This document shows, piece after piece, positions 59,993 through 64,000 of a stretch of DNA of 64,000 nucleotides. The notes below the pieces were generated by a model, which worked only from the letters and a program-made list of their open reading frames with translations, was not told the origin of the DNA and did not search any database. Made by a program: the position numbers and the translations under genes. The stretch comes from an uncultured Porphyromonadaceae bacterium (GTDB lineage Bacteria > Bacteroidota > Bacteroidia > Bacteroidales > UBA12481): positions 9,702 to 73,701 of the forward strand of contig CAYXJR010000006.1 in the NCBI GenBank assembly GCA_964465145.1, read 5' to 3'. The stretch's first letter is position 1, and each line of letters begins with the position of its first letter.

Positions 59993-62942
59993 TTTTATTT
60001 TCTATTGCATTATAAAAAGTCTCCAGGATACTAGACCGAATATTCAGATCATACAACTTTGTATTGTCTCGTGTTGGATAAACCCTGTTTGAGAAAAAAA
60101 CATAGAGAATCCCCGAAACGGGGTCAGCCCAGACAAAAGCTCCTGTATACCCGGAATGCCCAAAGCTGGCTGAACTGACACTATGAGCCGGATAGGCATC
60201 AATTGGATCCATGGTATCATTTCTAACTAGGGGCTTGTCGAATCCAAGCCCTCGCCGGTTTCCTTCATCACAGTACTGACATCGTGTAAATTCTCCAATT
60301 GCAGCCTTGGAAAGGAACCGCTCTCCACCATATTGCCCACCCCAAAGATACATCTGGTGTAGTTTTGCCAGATCTTCAGCGGTTGAAAATAAACCGGCAT
60401 TTCCTGAAACACCACCCATCATCGCAGCTCCCTCATCATGAACAAAGCCCCTGAGTTGTTCCATACGAAAAAAATCATCATTCTCTGTTGGCACAATTCT
60501 TTCAGATGGAAACCACCTGAGTGGATTATATACTAATGTCCAGGCCCCTAGAGGCCGGTAAAATTCATTGTATAAATATTCCTCGTAATCATAACCTGTT
60601 AGATTCTCAATTACCCGCGGGTAGATATAGGAAAGCAAGCCGGAATAAATATATTCCTTTTTCTCAAGCATTGGAGAATCTGTAGTCTGGTTATAGATCG
60701 ATTGATGGTATTTTTTATTCACCCACAGATTCTCTGAAACCCTGCCAGAGAATCTTCGGGAAGAGTCCTGCTTAATGGTCCCCCTTTTAAAAGAGCCATC
60801 CTCTTTGGCTATCTCTTTCCAAAATGCGATCCAGGCGGCCAGACGGGCATAATGGGCCAGCCCTTCCCTAAGGGTAAAATCTTCTTTGTCGGTTCTCTTA
60901 AATTTTGGCCAATAAGTTGAAAAGGGCTCATCTAATCTGATTTTACCCTCATCGTATAAGCGTATAATGGGAGGCAAAGGCCCTGTAACCTTGGTTATCG
61001 AAGCAAGGTCAAATATATCTGAACTTCGAACTACCTGTTCCTTTTCATAGGTGTGGAATCCGTAGCATTCATGAAAAAACACCTTTCCATTTCTGGCAGC
61101 GAAAACCTCACATCCAGGGTAAGCCGCTGAATCTAAACCTAATTGACAAATAGAGTCAATCTTTTTTTTAAGAAAAACATTATCCATTCCCACTTCCTCG
61201 GGCAGAACATAAGAAAAACGTATCCCTCCCTCAATATTCAAACCATTACCCACCTGGAATTTTTCATTAACATCCACCGGTAAACGTCCATCAGCACCAA
61301 TTCCACCGAAAATTAGTTGGGCAGCGAAATCCTGAGCTAAGAAATTTTCATAATAGGCTATTATTAAACCTGAAGCCTGCTCAATTCCTGGAATAACACC
61401 CAGGGAATAGGGATTCCCAAATAGGCTTACCACGGTCTTTTGCCTGGCAGTAATTTTTTTAATAAATGCTATCTCACTGGAGGTCAGACCAAAATTCATT
61501 GAAGCCCTCATATCCATGTTATGAACACCAATTATTACCAGGTCATAATCTGCAAGTTTGACCATCAGGGAATCAAATTCTACCGAATCGGCATCCCTGT
61601 CGATAGAATAGGCATCCAACCGGGTATAATTATCCAACCTGTTTTGAAAACTGCTTTTCCTGTCGCGCCCCAGGCATACAGAAGCAATCTCAGTGGATTC
61701 CAGGTTCTTAATTGGAATGATCTCCTCTTCATTACGCAAAACGCTAAGTGAGGCCCTGGTCAGCTCCCTTAGGAGTACCTGAGCTGAAGCCGGGAATAGT
61801 TTTTGATCCAGGTCGATAGTATCAAGTTCTCCGGCATATGCCAACCCGGTCCGGTATTTGACCCCCAGAATCTTTTTACAACTTTCTTCAAGGTCCTCCT
61901 CCATGATCCTGCCATGCTGTATGGCATTTATAATGGCTTCAACCGCTATTTTTACATCCTCCACATACACCAGCATATCATTACCGGCCATCAGAGCCCT
62001 AACCTCAATTTCTCCAGGAGGAAAATGATCGGCTACACCTTTCATATTTAGCGTATCAGTAACTACCAGGCCATTAAAACCCATTTCATTTTTGAGTTGT
62101 CCCCTGATCACCGGGGCAGATAAGGTGGTGGGTATATCAGGTTCCGGATCCAGGGCAGGAATATTCAGGTGGGCAACCATTATACCACTGAGTCCGTTGT
62201 TTATTAACTGTTGGAATGGAAACAACTCTATCTCTTCCAAACGCTGCCTGTCATGCCGGATCACTGGAAGAGTAAGATGGGAATCAGTACTTGTATCGCC
62301 ATGACCGGGAAAGTGTTTCGCCGTTGGAATGATATTCTCATCCTGTAAGCCCTTCATGTAGGCAGTACCTTTTTGAGCTACACGGTACTGATCGGATCCG
62401 AAGGAACGATAATTAATAACCGGATTTGCCGGATTGTTATTCACATCAACCACCGGGGCAAAATTCATCTGAATTCCCACGGCACGCAACTGGCGACCTA
62501 TCTCCCTGCCCATAAGGTATATCAGGGAGTCGTTCTGGATTGCACCCAATGCAATCTGGTAAGGGAAACGCATAGTGCTGTCGAGACGCATACCAAGTCC
62601 CCACTCAGCATCAATGGCCATCAAAAGGGGAACCTTACTTATGGATTGCAAGTGATTAATAATTTTGATCTGGCGATTTGGACCCCCCTGAAAAAAAGCA
62701 ATCCCCCCTATCTTATAATCCCTAACCAAATTCTCCAGCTCCTGTTCATGTTCTATTCCCATATTTGACCAGGCAGGAACCATAATCAATTGAGCAATTC
62801 TTTCCTTTTGACTTAAAATATTGTAAACTGAATCTACCCAAGCGTACTCAGCCAGGCTTGGATGAGTTTTTGAGTTATCCTGGGCAGCACCGGTAAAAAC
62901 CGATAAAGCCAGCAATACCAGAGTATAAATGATTTTCGGCAT
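59973..62942 (-). CDS. GH3 beta-N-acetylhexosaminidase (NagZ-like) fused to class-C-type serine hydrolase/beta-lactamase domain
   Basis: 989 aa with a signal peptide. GH3 block KHFPGHGDTSTDSH. C-terminal S-x-x-K in FDLASITKVTG. Confidence 0.85.
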   Translation of the reverse strand: MPKIIYTLVLLALSVFTGAAQDNSKTHPSLAEYAWVDSVYNILSQKERIAQLIMVPAWSNMGIEHEQELENLVRDYKIGGIAFFQGGPNRQIKIINHLQSISKVPLLMAIDAEWGLGMRLDSTMRFPYQIALGAIQNDSLIYLMGREIGRQLRAVGIQMNFAPVVDVNNNPANPVINYRSFGSDQYRVAQKGTAYMKGLQDENIIPTAKHFPGHGDTSTDSHLTLPVIRHDRQRLEEIELFPFQQLINNGLSGIMVAHLNIPALDPEPDIPTTLSAPVIRGQLKNEMGFNGLVVTDTLNMKGVADHFPPGEIEVRALMAGNDMLVYVEDVKIAVEAIINAIQHGRIMEEDLEESCKKILGVKYRTGLAYAGELDTIDLDQKLFPASAQVLLRELTRASLSVLRNEEEIIPIKNLESTEIASVCLGRDRKSSFQNRLDNYTRLDAYSIDRDADSVEFDSLMVKLADYDLVIIGVHNMDMRASMNFGLTSSEIAFIKKITARQKTVVSLFGNPYSLGVIPGIEQASGLIIAYYENFLAQDFAAQLIFGGIGADGRLPVDVNEKFQVGNGLNIEGGIRFSYVLPEEVGMDNVFLKKKIDSICQLGLDSAAYPGCEVFAARNGKVFFHECYGFHTYEKEQVVRSSDIFDLASITKVTGPLPPIIRLYDEGKIRLDEPFSTYWPKFKRTDKEDFTLREGLAHYARLAAWIAFWKEIAKEDGSFKRGTIKQDSSRRFSGRVSENLWVNKKYHQSIYNQTTDSPMLEKKEYIYSGLLSYIYPRVIENLTGYDYEEYLYNEFYRPLGAWTLVYNPLRWFPSERIVPTENDDFFRMEQLRGFVHDEGAAMMGGVSGNAGLFSTAEDLAKLHQMYLWGGQYGGERFLSKAAIGEFTRCQYCDEGNRRGLGFDKPLVRNDTMDPIDAYPAHSVSSASFGHSGYTGAFVWADPVSGILYVFFSNRVYPTRDNTKLYDLNIRSSILETFYNAIENKNETDPD

Positions 62943-63201
62943 CAGGGCTGATTCAAAGCTGTTTTACAATTTTCAAAGGTACAATTTATCATGATTGATT
63001 GCCATTTGTGATTTGATGCAGATTTCCACTATTATGGTCAATTCCTGCCTGGTTAGCAGTTCACGATATTTATGTATCCGCTCAAGAGGAAATAATTAAA
63101 ATACTGACTTTCAATTTGTAAACGCGTTAGGATTTTTAGTATCGCGTTCATTGATTCGTTTATCATTTCGTAAATTTGCACTACTAAAACAAGAAGTGAG
63201 T

Positions 63202-63726
63202 ATGAGAACACATATTGTTTTTGCAGGAATTGTCCTGTTTATTTTATTTTCATCACTCAGCCTGCATGCTCAGAATAAAACCCCCGTATGTCCCTGCTGT
63301 ACTGAAGAATACCGACAATTTGATTTCTGGGTCGGAGATTGGGTGGTTTACGCCAAAGGGAAAATGGCTGGCTTCAATAAAATAACCAAGATTGAGGGCG
63401 ACTGTATTATTCGGGAAAATTGGAAATCTGTTGAAAGTTCATATATCGGAACCTCTTACAATTTTTATGACAAAACAGATAATAAATGGAAGCAGGTATG
63501 GATTGATAACCTGGGAACCGTACTGGAATTGAAAGGTGAATTCAAGGACAACAAAATGATCCTTGAAAGTGAAGAGAAAACAGATCAGAATGGGAACAGG
63601 ATAATCAACAGAATTACCTGGTACGAGAATGAAGATGGAACAGTACGACAATTATGGGAACAATCAGGCGATGGCGGACTTGCCTTTACCACTTCATTTG
63701 ATGGACTTTACCGCAGAAGAAAGTAG
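63202..63726 (+). CDS. hypothetical secreted protein
   Basis: The ATG at 63202 gives the signal peptide MRTHIVFAGIVLFILFSSLSLHAQ. Contains an FDFWVGDWVV motif. Family not recognised. TAG stop lies inside the downstream palindrome. Confidence 0.5.
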   Translation: MRTHIVFAGIVLFILFSSLSLHAQNKTPVCPCCTEEYRQFDFWVGDWVVYAKGKMAGFNKITKIEGDCIIRENWKSVESSYIGTSYNFYDKTDNKWKQVWIDNLGTVLELKGEFKDNKMILESEEKTDQNGNRIINRITWYENEDGTVRQLWEQSGDGGLAFTTSFDGLYRRRK

Positions 63727-63750
63727 AGACGCATGATCATGCGTCTCTAC
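63723..63750. terminator. perfect 28-bp palindrome (putative bidirectional terminator)
   Basis: GTAGAGACGCATGA|TCATGCGTCTCTAC lies between convergent ORFs. There is no strong T-run on the plus side and TTTCTTCT on the minus side. Confidence 0.5.
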
Positions 63751-63760
63751 AATGCCTGGA

Positions 63761-63946
63761 TTATTTGTTCCCAATCGTAAACCGGGTCAATTGTTTCGCC
63801 TTTTCAGCGATGATAGCCCTAAGATTATCAGCATTATCATGAGCATTCTTTTTGGTAAATTCTATATCAATAGTATGAGGACTTTGCGCAGCACAAAGGC
63901 CAATCTCCCGCGTAAGCACCTCACATGCAATGAGTTTCAGTTTCAT
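63761..63946 (-). pseudogene. N-terminal stub of a DUF1638-family gene
   Basis: MKLKLIACEVLTREIGLCAAQSPHTIDIEF...NADNLRAII matches the start of DUF1638 proteins (normally over 200 aa). The ORF stops after 61 aa, just before the palindrome. Confidence 0.4.
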
Positions 63947-63962
63947 CCTTTTCTTAATAAAT

Positions 63963-64000
63963 CCCTGTTCCCCGTTAACTGTTCCCTGTTAACTGTTCCC
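63963..64000. repeat. 14-nt tandem repeat running off the window edge
   Basis: GTTAACTGTTCCC occurs at 63974-63986 and 63988-64000 (period 14), with a partial TGTTCCC at 63966-63972. The unit contains the GTTAAC palindrome. Confidence 0.6.

Noticed and set aside
1-64000. CRISPR arrays, rRNA genes, transposases, integrases, prophage genes or recognisable defence-system genes
   Set aside because: No spaced repeat array, no rRNA-like sequence, and no ORF with DDE, tyrosine- or serine-recombinase, nuclease-ATPase or reverse-transcriptase motifs was seen in any frame of the ORF track.

Overview
This is a 64-kb chromosomal segment with Bacteroidota hallmarks: T9SS C-terminal sorting domains, many lipobox lipoproteins, a TTTG/TAnnTTTG-type promoter, and DUF4249, DUF4838 and Omp28-like families. 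The taxonomic call is inference only. The core is an eight-gene branched-chain amino-acid operon, ilvD-ilvB-ilvN-ilvC-leuA-leuC-leuD-leuB, on the minus strand at 20.8-30.5 kb. A textbook-style leader-peptide attenuator precedes it: a 20-codon ORF with 12 Ile/Leu/Val, mutually exclusive antiterminator and terminator pairings, and a U8 tract. I consider this the best-supported non-obvious element in the window. The rest is mostly secreted or lipoprotein glycan-degrading and proteolytic functions. These include GH2-PA14, a GH95-like protein, GH29 fucosidase, DUF4838, an S1 sulfatase, a BNR/sortilin-like propeller, sialate O-acetylesterase, a GH51-like protein and a GH3-beta-lactamase fusion, plus M1, M16, M3 and C1-like peptidases and an SSS transporter. 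No SusC/SusD pair and no regulator gene is visible. There is one tRNA-Thr(CGU). I found no rRNA, CRISPR array, transposase, integrase or recognisable defence genes. The second notable theme is a high density of gene relics. Two genes carry single in-frame TAG codons (GH29 at 18233-18235 and a T9SS cargo at 49846-49848). One MG2/plug gene is frameshifted and one outer-membrane barrel gene is multiply disrupted. Short stubs remain of MATE, trpF, DUF134, DUF1638 and a T9SS CTD. TAG also terminates at least six good genes here, so I favour pseudogenisation or consensus error over code reassignment, but this needs checking. I could not identify a clear multi-gene novel system. All family calls come from motif recognition by eye, not from database searches.
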